NCBI RefSeq assembly: GCF_006345805.1
Contig: NC_043003.1
Coordinates: 33,294,001 to 33,358,000, forward strand
Reading direction: 5' to 3'
Source: Octopus sinensis
Taxonomy: Eukaryota
DNA length: 64,000 nucleotides
Below are positions 36,228 through 50,900 of this stretch, piece by piece (positions within the stretch are counted from its first letter, which is position 1; each line of letters begins with the position of its first letter). The notes under the pieces were generated by a model. The model was not told where the DNA came from, ran no database searches, and worked only from the letters and a program-made list of their open reading frames with translations. The position numbers and the translations under genes were made by a program.

Positions 36228-36390
36228 ATTATATAAAAGGGCTTAGTAAAATAAATTACTTTGCCGCATACTGAACTCAGCTATTTAGCTGCTATTTCTA
36301 CATACTTTATTTCTACATACTTTAGCTGCTATTTCTAATGAGTTCAGTATGCGGCAAAGTAATTTATTTTACTAAGCCCTTTTATATAAT
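36228..36390. repeat. Perfect 52-bp inverted repeat with a 59-bp spacer made of short direct repeats
   Basis: Arms at 36228-36279 and 36339-36390. The spacer contains TTTAGCTGCTATTTCTA twice. Confidence 0.9.
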
Positions 36391-37404
36391 ATATATATAT
36401 ATATATACATAGACCTATATGATTAATTCTTTACGAATATATATATTTGTTTGAATATGGATGTGCTCATATATTTTCTTATTTATTAGTAAGTCTGTAT
36501 ATGCGTACATAATATTTGTTTGTGTATATTTATATAATAATATATACACATATTTAATTAATATAATATATTCATGTATATTCATAAATGTAATAATCTT
36601 ATGTTCGCAAGGATACCACTCATATAATTCTTTTGCATTTTTCCTTTCTCACAATCTAAATCTTACTTTATATGTTGAAATATGTACAAGAATGAACGAA
36701 TTGTTATAGTTATTACCGGTAAGAGATATACTACACAATTTCACTGTTTGATAATAAGATATATATATATATATAAACATATTTCTTCTATATATATACT
36801 GAGAGTGAGGAAGACAGAAAAAGAGATATATAGACAGACAGACAGACAGGTAGACAGATAGATAGATAGATAGATAAAGAGAGAGAGAGAGAGAAAGAGT
36901 CAACAGATTACATCCAATTATGACCAATATACAAAATACTTAGTAGAACACAAATGATTTGAACTTACAATACTCATAAATACACTCACACGCACAAACC
37001 AATGTATATATTCCTTTAAATACACATGCATGCACCCACATATATACATACTCCGATCGACATATACACCTATCTATTTATATGCATACATCCTCTCGCA
37101 TTTTTGGGTATATATATACATACCTAAATACATAGACATAGATAAGTAAATACAAAGTGACTTGCACATAAATATAGTGAAACACATGTATATATACACA
37201 CTCTACACACACACACGTATCTCTCTTCTTACCACTAACCTTAAGTACTTAAGAAGTCAATTTAGAAAATTTGAATTGATAAAAGTTGGGTTTATATATA
37301 TATATATGTATATATATATATCCATATAAATATCTTTTCATCCACACATTTATGTTCATATACACGCATATAAGTATAGGCACAAGTACGTATATAAATA
37401 TATA

Positions 37405-37480
<76 letters not shown>

Positions 37481-38049
37481 CGCGTACATTAATACATGTA
37501 CACTTATTGTCTCCCTTTCATATAGATACACACACGGGCTTGCGTGTGCGCTCCACTACTACACAAAGCAGCCATACATAGCAGCCCAACACTCCCATCC
37601 ACTGCAATTCATAGCAGCTCGACAAACCAGCTCTCGCGGCACCCACCATGTGTATGCGAGCCGCTAATAAATTTAAACCACGACAAACAGAGAAGATGGC
37701 TTTGAAGTAGAAGATTTCAAATTAATGGAGACAACATTCACATATCGCCCGACGAAACACAACTAGACCCCATTATGCAAACAAATAGTTGCATAGTCTA
37801 GTACCTGTATTCTTGGAGAACTATCTTGCATCGAAACAAATATGGCAAATAATAAATAAATGCCCATCCGTACTCTTTCATCCTGACTCCAGTTTCTTCA
37901 TTTTTATATTCACAGACGATGAATGACCAAATTTTATCTTGAAAGTATATAATAATGCTATCGATAGGACTGAGAAAATTTGAAGGTGGACGATGTACTC
38001 TACCACATTTCCAACGGAATAAAACATGACTAATATATAAACATATATA

Positions 38050-38340
38050 TATCACAGATGATCACATGACCGACCAGGCTATCAGATGTTGTTACACATC
38101 GCTGGTCACAATGAGCTTCGCATTGTTTTAGCCTTCAAAGGACGCCACCCCGCTGGTTAAGCGAGCAGGCCAACAGAAGAAAGAGTGAGAGAAAGTTGTG
38201 GCGAAAGAGTACAGCAGGGATCACCACCATCCCCTGCCGGAGCCTCGTAGGGCTTTAGGTGTTTTCGCTCAATAAACACTCACAACCGCGATCCCACGAC
38301 CGCGAGTCCACTGCCCTAACCACTGGGCCATTGCAACCTC

Positions 38341-38343
<3 letters not shown>
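38050..38343 (-). mobile_element. Third tRNA-derived SINE family (CACGTG-type tail), with a small internal deletion
   Basis: TGGCCCAGTGGTTAGGGCAG head. Homologous to 61294-61602. Confidence 0.85.
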
Positions 38344-38434
<91 letters not shown>

Positions 38435-39140
38435 GCATATACATTGTATTGCAGACATGGGTACAGGATGTTGCCAACAGTAAAGAACATGAAATACGAA
38501 AACAAAGGTGTTCTATACGCAAACAACGTGAGAAACAAATGGAAAGGTAACATAAAGAACGACCCTTCATCAGTTATCGGCGGTGTATCTACTCCTCATT
38601 TGGATCACTGTACGACAATATGAGATTTCAAAGACAGTTGCTCACATACGAACCAAAACAAAATTTTGGATACCGAACAAAATGGACGATTCTCTCTCTT
38701 TCTGTTTTTCATTCTTTCTCTCGTTGCTCACATGTGACCATCGTTCCTGTTTCTTTTCCTCACGTGATCATCTTTCTTTTCCTTCATGACTGTCCTAGGG
38801 ACTGGACGTATTCTACATCCCTCTTCTATCTTTTTTCAAAGAAAATATTTCTCAAGCGTTTGCTATTTTACACTCGTTCTGTTCCAACAACACTCCATGT
38901 TTGTTTTCGTTCGGTTTCCTTGTGTGTCTCCACTGTCCTGTTTTGTTCCCAACTTTCACCCTCCATAAATCCCAGATTTTATTTTAGGACTTATGGGAAC
39001 AACCCTCGTGGAGGAATCATATCGTCGTTCAGTGCTCGAAATGAAGAGTAGATAGGCAGCCGACATGAAATACGAAAGCAAATGAGTTCAATACACAAAC
39101 AACGAAAGAAATAAATGGAAACAGGACAAGTAATATATAT

Positions 39141-39192
<52 letters not shown>

Positions 39193-39901
39193 GTATTATA
39201 AATGCATGAATCTAAATAGGTAAGGGTGATAAATAACATAGAGAGACAGGAAACAGTTGAAAGGAGTCCCGAAAATGTATGACACAGTAGGTTACTATAT
39301 TGAAAGGGCAGACGACATATCACGTGAAAGTAGAGAGGTATTTTACTATGCATAGATTTGGCAGTTAGCGACTTACAGATGGAATTTCATATTTGTGAAA
39401 TACATATATGCGTACATACATACATAAATACATACATACATACATACATACATACATACGTACGTACGTACGTACGTACGTACGTACATACATACATACA
39501 TACATACATACATACATACATACATACATACATACATACATACATACATACATACATACATACATACGTGTGTGTGTGTTTATGTGTGCATCCAATATAT
39601 CCATCTGTCTACATATATGTACCTGAATGCAAACATATATGTGTGTATGTAGTTATACGTAACGGTACAATCACTCGGGCGCGCACACAGAGATAGAGAC
39701 CGGATATTTTATGTACAACTGAAAGAAAGAGCAGTTATTGTTAAACACTTCTTATATAGTATTTATATCGTCATATACAAACACGGTGTATATGTATGGA
39801 TTACAGGTATGATGCTTCACTACCGTGATAGATTGGTATTAGAACTTGTTAACAAGTCTATCAATGACACATACACATGCATACATACACACACACACAC
39901 A

Positions 39902-39932
<31 letters not shown>

Positions 39933-40715
39933 CACATGCACACACCCTCAAGTGTGTTTGTGTGTATGTGTGTGTGTGCATGTTTGTATAAATGCGTTTA
40001 TGTGTGTATTTGCGTCATCATCAACTCTTGAAATACATTCACTCTTATGTTGAATACTAAGAAAGGTAATGTATTCGTTTAACCTATTCCAAATATCAGA
40101 TTCCCTAGCGTAAACATTACCAACTTTGGTGATTCTTCAAACAAGTTGGTCACTGTTCCTCACTTGGATCTCTTCCATCCAACGCATGTTTCCGAAAATG
40201 ATTTATATTTAAGAATTAGATCAGCCTGATCAGTATTTGGAAAACTGCTGAAACGTGTCATTAATCATCTGCCTGTCCAAATCATGTTCATAATTTTGTT
40301 ATAACAGTCCATGCTTGTTATTAGACTTTTCATTGCCCTTGTTTCATACGTTCCGAATAATATAAAGGTTTCCTTTCATAATACTCAAGTTACACTGATG
40401 GCTCAAAACCATTGAGAATTTGTATCAGATATGATGTATGGACGCCAGGGACATATATTATGTATCAGTTGTGATACACATGGCAGGCAAAAGGGTTAAA
40501 CACAAACACTTCAACCAAGAGAAACTGATGAATTTTTCAAACTGTCATTATCTCACCAGACTTATAACATGGACACTTTATCGATGGGAGATCGAAATGT
40601 AAAACAATCCTTGCATTGAATGAAACTTGATCAAATATCAGCCATGATGGTTTCTAAATGTTTTATGCTGAAAGAAGAAAGAATTCATCGACAAATTATC
40701 TTTAATTATCTTTAT

Positions 40716-40873
40716 AGGTGCAGGAATGGCTGTGTTGTAAGTAGCTTGCTTACTAACCACATGGTCTCACTGCATGGCACCTTGGGCAAGTGTCTTCTAC
40801 TATAGCTTCGGGCCGACCAAAGCCTTGTCAGTGGATTTGGTAGACGGAAACTGTTAGAAGCCCGTCGTATATG

Positions 40874-40960
<87 letters not shown>

Positions 40961-41181
40961 TGTGTATGTGTGTGTGTGTATATGTTTGAGTGTCTGTGCC
41001 TCCAACATTGCTTGACAACCAATGCTGGTGTGATTACGTCCCCGTAACTTAGCGGTTCAGTAAAAGAGACCGATAGAATAAGTACTAGGCTTACAAAGAA
41101 TAAGCTCTGGTGTCGATTTGCCCGACTATAGACAGTGCTCCAGCATGGCCACAGTCAAATGACTGAAACAAGTAGAAGAGT
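40716..41181 (+). mobile_element. OR-type tRNA/CORE SINE, full length
   Basis: Head GGCTGTGTTGTAAG, CORE-like GGCACCTTGGGCAAGTGTCTT, internal (TA)n(TG)n, and a 3' part ending ACTGAAACAAGTAGAAGAGT. Confidence 0.92.
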
Positions 41182-41528
41182 AATTTAAAAATTCATTACG
41201 ATAGAAAAAGACCAACTTTTCATATCCAAAATGGATTTTCAACCCAATAATTACATATTTTATATTACTTCGAGAACAAATTCCATGTATATATATATAT
41301 AATTCTTCATCAATAATATTGTTGATAGTGACATCGAATTTTCGGTAAACAAAACCAATATCGGGTGGTCCGACGGTGGGTTAGCTTTCCATACGCACAA
41401 GCACACAGACATACACGTGTTCGTACACACGCACGCGCGCGCACTAACACAAGCATACACACTGGCATACAATTCTCAAATATTCACACTTCTGATTATA
41501 TATGCATCTGCATTACATATAAATATAT

Positions 41529-41751
41529 ATTTCTTTACTACCCACAAGGGGCTAAACACAGAGGGGACAAACAAGGACAGACAAGCGGATTAAGTCGATT
41601 ACATCAGCCCCAGTGCGTAATTGGTACTTAATTTATCGACCCCGAAAGGATGAAAGGCGAAGTCGACCTCGGCGGAATTTGAACCCAGAACGTAACGGCT
41701 GACGAAATACGACTACGCATTTCGCCCGGCGTGCTAACGTTTCTGCCAGCT
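41529..41751 (-). mobile_element. Meta-domain tRNA SINE monomer
   Basis: Homologous to 20180-20597. Confidence 0.9.
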
Positions 41752-41785
41752 TGCAATACGTCCGTGCATAACTCGTATCATATAC

Positions 41786-41816
<31 letters not shown>

Positions 41817-41950
41817 TGTATGTATGTATGTATGTATGTATGTATGTATGTATGCATGCATGCATGCATGCATGTATGTATGTATGTATGTATGTATGTA
41901 TGTATGCATGCATGTATGTATGTATGTATGTATGTATGTATGCATGTATG

Positions 41951-41990
<40 letters not shown>

Positions 41991-42150
41991 AACCTCTCTA
42001 TCTCTCTATCTATCTTTCTATCCATCCGCCTGTGTGTCTACTTATCTACCTATCGATAGAAATATCATATGCGCATTTGTGTAATGTATGTTTGTATGCA
42101 TGTTCGAATATACGTGCGGTTGTATTTATATAATAAAGATTGGCTCGGGT

Positions 42151-42181
<31 letters not shown>

Positions 42182-43351
42182 GGTAAAGCTAGGAGCACGT
42201 CACTTGAAGATGAATGTCCATAAACGAGTGCGTTCCAATCCTTTGTAGTAGGAGTTTAAAGATCAATATGGCAGCGACTTTACTTCCGCCAACATACTGT
42301 CAGTTGGTATTGACCGTTCATTAATCATCCACTTTTCAAATTTAGGCTTGCCTGCTAACACTACCATTGGTGTAACCAAGCAACAACACTTCGGTATTTA
42401 TAGATGTTTTGTTCCTGGAAATTTCCCAATTGTCATCAGTGAACTCCAAGTTCTTGCATTTGGCGTCTTATGCCCTTATAACCTAACTTCTAAAATAATT
42501 TGAAACACACTTGCCTGTACGAAGTTACAGAAGTGTACGGTCGTATATACATGCACGCAATGAGAACACGCGCATACATGCATAGATATGTATGTGCATA
42601 TATCTGTGTGTGTGTTTGCGAGAGAAGAGGTAGAGAGAGTGTGTGTGTATGTGAGAGTATGTATATACATACATATACGAACGTACATGTATGCATATAC
42701 ATATATATGTTTGTGTATATATATGAATGTATGTGCATATTTATATAAATATGTGTGTGTGTGTGTGTGTGTGTTTACACTGAAATAACAGGAGGCAGAG
42801 AATGTCAGAGAGAGGTACAGCGGCAGATGACTGAATCAATAATGTTTCTTACAATTAACTGAAAAGTTGTCGGGCCAAATTCGGTCACTTCTGGTGCATT
42901 GGTTTGGACCATGCATCTAACCTACCATCAATCCAGTCATCCATCCATCCATCGTTTTTTCACTCCTTTCTTTCTTCTTTCTTTCTTTGTTTCTTCCTTT
43001 CTTTCTTTTTTCCATTGTCTCTATGTATAATACTACTACTACTACTAAAAATAAGAAGAAAAGAAGACCAAGAAGAAGAATGAAATATAAATTCTTTTAT
43101 GTATGTATGAATATATATATGTATATATATATATATATATATATTTTTATATATGTATATATATATATATTTATTTTTATATATATATATATGTATTTAT
43201 ATTTATATTTATTTATATATATATATATTTATATTTATATTTATTTATTTATATGCCTAAACTTTCGTCCGCATTATGAATCACCTCTAGATTTTGTTAC
43301 CTCTCTATAACCCCATAAAATTATGCTCAACACACACACACAAGCATATAG

Positions 43352-43387
<36 letters not shown>

Positions 43388-43420
43388 GCATGTTACATAT
43401 ATGTATATATTCTTTTTTTT

Positions 43421-43638
43421 AATTCTTTTATAACTTTCAGTCATTTGACTGCAGCCATGCTGGAGTACCGCCTTTAGTCGAACAAATCGAATCAATCTCA
43501 CGGCTTATTCTTTGTAAGCCTACTAATTAGCCTATCGATCTCGTTCGCAGGACTGCTAAGTTTAAGGGACATAAACACCACAACATCGATTGTCAAGCGA
43601 TGGTGGGGAGGCAAATACAAATACACACACATGAATAT

Positions 43639-43671
<33 letters not shown>

Positions 43672-44201
43672 ATAATAAGAGTAAATAATTTCTATAAAGG
43701 CTTTTAAAAAAACCCCAATTATTTACTGGTAGAATTCGGTATGTAAATATAGCCGATTACCGGCAGGAACTTCTGTAAAGTTCAGTATATATATTGTATA
43801 TAAGAAAAGGGACAGGCAAACAGGTTGCTTGACCGCATACCGAAAAAATAGAATAGCAGTCAAGAATGCTTATTTCTATCAAAGTTGGACTCCGGGCATG
43901 ACAAACCCTGTAATTCACATATGCAAAACAGAAGGAATAGATAACGAAAACGAAGTCTGGCGGTTATCTGTGAACATCATGTTTCTGGATTATAAACATA
44001 TTGAATATATATTCCATATATTTTGATATATATTTCATATACATTGCATAATAATTTCACATCCTTCTTCACTCACAGGTTTTGGTCTGATCGAGGCTAT
44101 AGTTGAAGACACTGATCCAAGGAGCCTCGCAGAGAGAATGAACCCGGAACCATGTGGTTTGTTGGGAAGCAAGTTTCCTACCACACAGCCATGCCTGCAC
44201 C
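43421..44201 (-). mobile_element. OR-type SINE halves separated by about 400 bp of unrelated sequence
   Basis: 3' half at 43421-43620 and 5' half at 44066-44201. Confidence 0.65.
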
Positions 44202-44210
44202 TATATATAT

Positions 44211-44255
<45 letters not shown>

Positions 44256-44397
44256 AACATATACACATACGTGCATACTTACATAAATACATACACACAT
44301 ATGTTATATACATATATACACACATACATACATGCATACATACGTGCATACATACATGCATACATACATACAATATATATATATAATAGATAGATAG

Positions 44398-44431
<34 letters not shown>

Positions 44432-44478
44432 CATCATATATATATGTATGTGTGTATATATATCTATCTATCTATCTA

Positions 44479-44533
<55 letters not shown>

Positions 44534-44633
44534 TAAGTTATACGTGGTGTCTGATAAAAGGCATGGGTGCATACAAATGTAGAAAAATAATTTAAAAAAA
44601 ATAGAAATTACTATTATTATTATTATTATTATT

Positions 44634-45164
44634 GAGTGACACTGGGGTAAAATATACGAAGTCCAGCATACCCATCATGACTACCCGTCTGATAAGGGTA
44701 CACCATATGTGCGCATCACAACCATATGTGCGCGACATGGTGATCTCATATCAAGATAAACAGCACATGACCTTGCAGGTGGGGCCCAGTTAGAATTTTC
44801 TTCAGGTCGAGTAGCCCATCCTGCTCAAAAGGTCCCTGAATAAGGGTTGCTTTAGGATGTTGAACGAAACACCTATGTTTCCAGAGGTGAATTATTCAAA
44901 CTCCAAAGAATCCCTCTCAACACATGGCTATGATGCTCCCCCACTACTTCTGCTCGCGATCAGAGATGCACGTATCGTCAGCCACTAAGGGACATGCTCA
45001 ACTGGTTAAGGTCAAACAACTGACAAGCAAATCTGTGGTATTGAGCAGAATATTTGCTGTAGCCCATCTTTTATACCAAGACAAAACAATGTACATGATA
45101 ACACTTCCAATCAGTTAAGATCAGAAGCCATGAGAGCCACTGCCTGGTACTGCATCAGGGCATT
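44634..45164 (-). mobile_element. About 530-bp non-coding element bounded by (AAT)n on both sides (probable R4/Dong-dependent non-autonomous element or 5'UTR derivative)
   Basis: (ATT)n at 44608-44633 and 45164-45192. The terminal 20 nt are shared with the R4 fragment end at 5371-5390. No credible ORF. Confidence 0.7.
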
Positions 45165-47400
45165 TATTATTATTATTATGATTATTATTATTGGTGTCTT
45201 GACTCTAGATCATTAATTTTTGTAGCTGAGTACTCCCTTTAGCCTTAGATATGATTTCAACAAACGTTCAAGTGCTCGAGACCTTTCTGCTCTTTCCTGT
45301 TCCTAAGAAGCAAACTTTCTGTAACAGTTCTACAGGCCATTCCATGCCACTTCCTTTCTCTTTTTATCTATTTCATCACACACATACATTTCCTAATGCA
45401 CCAATTATCAAAACTTCAATCTTCACAGATTTCGAGCTCCAAATCCTTCCTATCTCACATTTTAAAGGGTTCTATCCTTATCCTCTTTTCACTTTCTTTC
45501 TATAGGATCTTAGTACCAAATAGACATGATGGTTTAATCAGTAATATCTGTAATATCTGCCTTGCTATGTTGCAACATATTCGTTGAATGGGAAAATGCC
45601 ACGAAGCCTTGCATGTTTTCGACTCAAGTTCTCTTTCTGCCCCACGATTGTACCATGTGTTTCCTCCTTCATACCCCAACTTTGGCAAAACTGTCATTGT
45701 GAAACTTTTGCAGCTTGAGCATACCTTAATTTTTTATAAATTTCCTGAGTCAACTAGCGACATTCTGCAACAATGTGCGCTAGTGTTTCATCTCAAATTC
45801 TACCATCCCTACATTTTGGCGACGTATTCTCCACCTATACATATCTTCAAGTTGTTTGCTTGTATTGCTTGTTATATATAACAATGCTCTATAATACTAT
45901 TATAATAATGGTCTATGTTTCTATTTGCAATTGTTCCTTTTTCAACGAAGTCTAGGATTTTTTTCTACGCATATCCTCAAAATCGTCCATGCAAAGTTTT
46001 CTCTTCAGTCTATTCAACTTGTTCTCTTTGAATTTCAATATTGTCCTTTTAATCTTTTCCAGTCTTGATAATTTGTTTCTTACTCACTGTCGTTAGTAAC
46101 TTTCGTATGTTGTTCTGCAACTATTCAACCAAGCTGTTTCGCTCCATCTGCGCACTCTCTTCCATATCAATTAAGCCATTTACTCTGGTCTCCCTTCAAG
46201 TACAACTTGTTGATATCAGCTTTCGGTTGGTGATCTCCATACATATTAAACAACTTTCTACTTTTTTCTGTCAAGTTTCTGCTTTTCGCCTTTTGTTCAA
46301 TCCACTATTCCATCTTCGTATCTGATATACTGCTTCAATAACATTTCGCGAATTCATCCTTGACTGTAATATTTTCCCTCACTTTATTTGTATACTCCCT
46401 ACTCCCATCACCTCTTCATGATACATTTCATCTGCCTTCAGTGTCTTTTCTTCACTGATATCACCGTTTGCACATTCAACATTTCAATCCCTGAATTCCT
46501 TCAAATCTTTCTCTTTTCCTTATCAAATTAGTTCATTTTGAAGCCCGAATTACACTCCTGCATCATTTAAGAAAATGTGTACGTAATTTATAAGACATTC
46601 CGGCTGCTTCTCATTATCGCATTAAACATTACATGATCCATGAATAATTGTTTCTGACTATACTCATTTCTCAAACCATTAGCCTTTTTCACTTTTCCTA
46701 ATATTAAACTAAACAGTATCACGGCCATTACAATTAGAAATAGTGATAAGCTATTACTGTGGAATATATATGTCCTTTCTCAAGTTCTTTTCTTCCAATC
46801 AAGTCAGTGGTCTAATGTTTCTAACTTTCATTGACCAGTTTCTCCATATTTCTGACACTTCAAACATACTCATTGTTTTACAGATCCATCCGTGCGGTTT
46901 CATGTCATATGCTTTTTATAATCCAACCATGCTACATTCAACTACGACGATCTAGGTCTGAAATTTCTGATTACTATTCCTTCAGCTAACAACTGGTTTT
47001 TAATTGCTCTATTTTACTTCCTTCTCCCTTTCTGTTCCACAGTAAAAAGTTTATTGCTTTACAGATGAACATATAACTTCTTCCGCCAAAGCACCAGTGA
47101 CAAAATGGTTATAAGTCAAAAACTTGACACCAATTTATCTTTCATGGAGTCTTTAAGGCAAAACAATTTTCGCAACTTTTCATCCAAGTAGGAACATGTT
47201 ATATCTGCAGAAAATGGTCAAGGTGTGCTGAAGACCTTTCATGCAAGTTTGTAAAATTCTTAGGCCGATAAATTCACACTCCATCCGGGCATAGCTTTTT
47301 CCTATTTGGTATTCTATTCAACTTCAGCGTCACCGAGTAAAAATCAATTCAGATGTTCCTTTATTTCGGCACATTAGCCAGTTATCTCTGTACCTGTGAT
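45165..47400 (-). mobile_element. Old, heavily decayed R4/Dong-like LINE (RT + RLE) with (AAT)n tail
   Basis: Minus-strand remnants include IFHSNSLSLFL (GIFQGDSLS-like, near 46730), LFMDHVMF (FMDD-like, near 46640) and IEVLIIGALG (near 45400). Confidence 0.65.
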
Positions 47401-48335
47401 AGCCACTCTGCCCTTATTTCATTATGTCTCACCGGACTATTCCAAAGTTCTCACCTAAACACTTTACTTTCGTCTGCATCATGAATCACCTCCTGATTTT
47501 GTTACCTTTCTATAACCTCTTAAAGTTATGTTCAGTTCGATTGAAACAATCTAATCTGTTGAAAATCTTTACGTCTAACATAATTTCTTTTCAATTTTGT
47601 CTTTAACGCTACCCACCTTTGTATCAGTTCTTCAAATACAAGTTTGCTTTCCCCTCCCTTCTAGCATGTGCTGTCCATTCAATTTTCTGTGTAATGCCTC
47701 GTCATTGAATTCCTCTTTCATTATCATAATTAAATGCTGTGGTTCTTTTCGTGTCTTTTCCAACTTCATTTGTATTCCCTTCCTCTAATTTGGTTCTTTC
47801 TGTTTTTCTTTTTTCCTTTACCTTACTCCATTCAACTGTCTTTCGCTTGCATCCTATTATGTCAGCTACAACATTAGCGACGGATATGATTAGCTAGTTT
47901 CTTTCAATGATGTTCTCCTTTCAACTAGGCTCCAAATGCCATTTATTTTACTTGTGGCACTCCTTATATTTCCTCTGTCCATAGCCTCTTTTATCAAAAA
48001 ATATCAGCTGGAATTAAGTATAAACCCATATTGAAAATTAAAGATGTACCCCTACTGTTGTAAGAATCAAATGTAGATCAATACAAAAATTACAGATTTA
48101 TCTCCCATCTACTGTAAAATACCTTGGTTTCCAATTATTCTCTTTAGAAAACAAAATGTCTAATTCAGAAATTCATCCAAAATTGATAATTTGAAAAGCG
48201 ATAACGAAACCGGTTATTATGTTGGAAGAAAAAATTCTTATTTTGTACATTATTGTATAATACTTTTACTATAGTGATTCTAATATATTCTTTAGTCTTG
48301 TGAAACAAATCTGTGTTTTTTCATCTTATTTCTTT

Positions 48336-48394
<59 letters not shown>

Positions 48395-49514
48395 AAGAGA
48401 AAGTGAGTGGAAGAGAAAGAGAGAGAGAGAGTGAGGGAGAGAGAGATGAGTGTTTTATTATAATGCGTAAGTATGCATGTAGTGATACTCTGGAGGAAAT
48501 AAAGATGATGTTATTTTATTTTGAATCCCACCTCTCCGATATAATCCGTGCTGATGCGTCTAAATTCTTCGAGGTCATGTTAACTCAATGAATATTTCGT
48601 CTCAGCATTCCGTATAACTACTTAGTTATTATCACTCCATCCACATGTGCTATTTGAACTATATTATATTTGTAATCTCTATGTCTATATCAAGTTAGCT
48701 AAATATTTATTTCTGCGACAATGCAGCAGATAGTAAAATCCTTCCTTCTGGAGATTTATTTAATAATCCGAGATTAGGCAAGATATGTGATAGTGAAAGA
48801 CCAAGATTTGCCTATTAAGCTAAAAAGTAATGTTCAGGTTTCTAGTAGTTCATTGCCTTTTTACTGATATATTTATTTACAACACCATGCAACACAAAAT
48901 GTCAAATTTGGAATAAATCCATAATGTAACACAACCTCTTTTACAGATAATAAAGGTAAACGTAAGGGAACCTTTTTATATCCAAAGAAGGGGGCATATT
49001 TTTTTCATGTGGGTCTAATAGAAGGAGACTCAACGGAGGTAGGCTAGCTAACTTATCTGTAGGGATTTTCTCCAAAGGTGGCTATTGATTTCAATAATAG
49101 AAATGAAACCAAATTTCTTTTTAACTGCTAACTACATTTTACAAATTGTCACTTTAGGTATCGTAGTGTTATAGAACTATATCTAAAACAAAATGAATGA
49201 GACGCTTTTTCTTATGGGTCATCTGAATCCGGGCTAACTTCGAACTGATCAGCAACATGGAGACACTTGAAACGGCCGTAATGCACTGATAACTGGACAT
49301 CCTTGTTACATATTTGCTTATTATTCACTTAACTTCGAGTTGTGTACGTATATGTATACTTACACCTCGAAGTTGAAGGGTGATAGATAATAGCAGACAT
49401 GAACATAACAGACTTGATAGTAGTAGTAGGATTACTATTAATACTAATAATATTAATAATAACAATAATAACAATATGACTATCAATACTACTAATATTA
49501 TTAGTAGCAATTCT

Positions 49515-49890
49515 CCTAGTTGCAATTGTAGAGATAGGTCCCACTGTCCGTTATTGGGCCGATGTCTTACCCAGAACGTAATTTATAAATGTACAATCAT
49601 AACTATAATTGGTAACTATATATATTGGATGCTCGATTAATATTTTTAAAAAACGACCTTATAATCATTTTCCTCTTTTAGACTAAAGCATAAGGCTTAT
49701 TGTACATCATTATCTAGTAAGATTTGGGAACTGAAGGAAAACGGTATTGAGTTTAGCCTTAAATGGGAAATAATAAGGGAAGCGCAGCCTTATAGAAATT
49801 GTAGATACGGGTGTGAGCTGCGCTCTATGGAAACATGAGATATTTAGGCATAAAGACAAGAGCAACCTGATTAACAATAGATTAGACCTT
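49515..49890 (+). mobile_element. Penelope-like (Neptune-type Cys linker) GIY-YIG endonuclease relic
   Basis: Reads CNCRDRSHCPLLGRCLTQNVIYKC..YI, FKKRPYNH..SF and TSLSSKIWELKENG...KWEII. Confidence 0.85.
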
Positions 49891-50040
49891 AAGGTATCAT
49901 GCGTACACAGTGTCACCCGTACTTTTAAATACTTTTAAATATTTTCGAAATTAGCGTTTTATAGGTGTTGTGCTTGAACTGAATTGATGGAAACTAATCA
50001 AAAAATATTTTAGTGTTGAATCTAATTATTCGTACCCTTA

Positions 50041-50075
<35 letters not shown>

Positions 50076-50259
50076 CGTCAGGTGATATTCAGTTACCTGA
50101 AGAATTAAAGTACATTGCATATAATATAAGCTATATAGTATAGTAAGTTAGTGTGCTACATGGAGTTAGTATACTATCCTATGAATATTCCTGCCTAGTT
50201 AGTCTAACTTCTACATGGTTTTAGTAATTAATCTATTTATCCCTAACTAAAGTGTTCCA

Positions 50260-50900
50260 ACCCCCTGATCATATTATTATTTTTATAAAGGCCTTTATGT
50301 AAGGAGTCCTCCTAATTAAGTACCCCTAACAAATAATATTATCATGTATGTATTAACACTGGAAACATTTAAAAATTATATTATACACCTCATTAATATA
50401 TCGTTAGCATGTTCTATCGCCTCAATATTCTTTTAGGAGATATCAGTGATCAGTCTTTATAGATACCACCAAATAAATAATTTAGTAAAATGATTGAATC
50501 ATTAAACAAATTCTATATAATCTTCTCTTTTCTGTTGATGATAACAAGGTATATATACTTCATCATGATTTAGTGATTAAACTATTTATTCCTTTCTGTG
50601 ATGTTCTACCCTACTGATCACAATTATTTTTATAATAGCCTTTATGTAAGTAAACCTAATGTTTGTATCCCTATAAATTTATATTAGCTTACATATACCA
50701 GCACCGGTAACTTCACAGTCTATAATATACCGCTTAGATTATAATTAATATATAGTTAGCATGTTCTATAGTCCCCTTTAGTAAATGCCAGTGATCAGGC
50801 TTCTTAGATACCACCTAATAAATAAATAATTAAGTATGAATGAGTATTAAACTAATTCTATGTAATTTTTTCTCTCTCTCTATTGTTGAAAACCTTGGTA
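50260..50900. repeat. Two diverged tandem copies, period about 348 bp
   Basis: GCCTTTATGTAAG, GTTAGCATGTTCTAT and AGATACCACC each occur twice at similar spacing. Confidence 0.7.

Noticed and set aside
42415-42450. Minus-strand CTGATGA...GAAA resembling a hammerhead
   Set aside because: No consistent stem II or stem I and no UH site. The local palindromes explain the look.
44634-45164. HDV-like or hammerhead ribozyme at the ends of the 530-bp element
   Set aside because: I could not assemble P1-P4 or a full hammerhead core on either strand by eye. Only a small terminal hairpin is evident.
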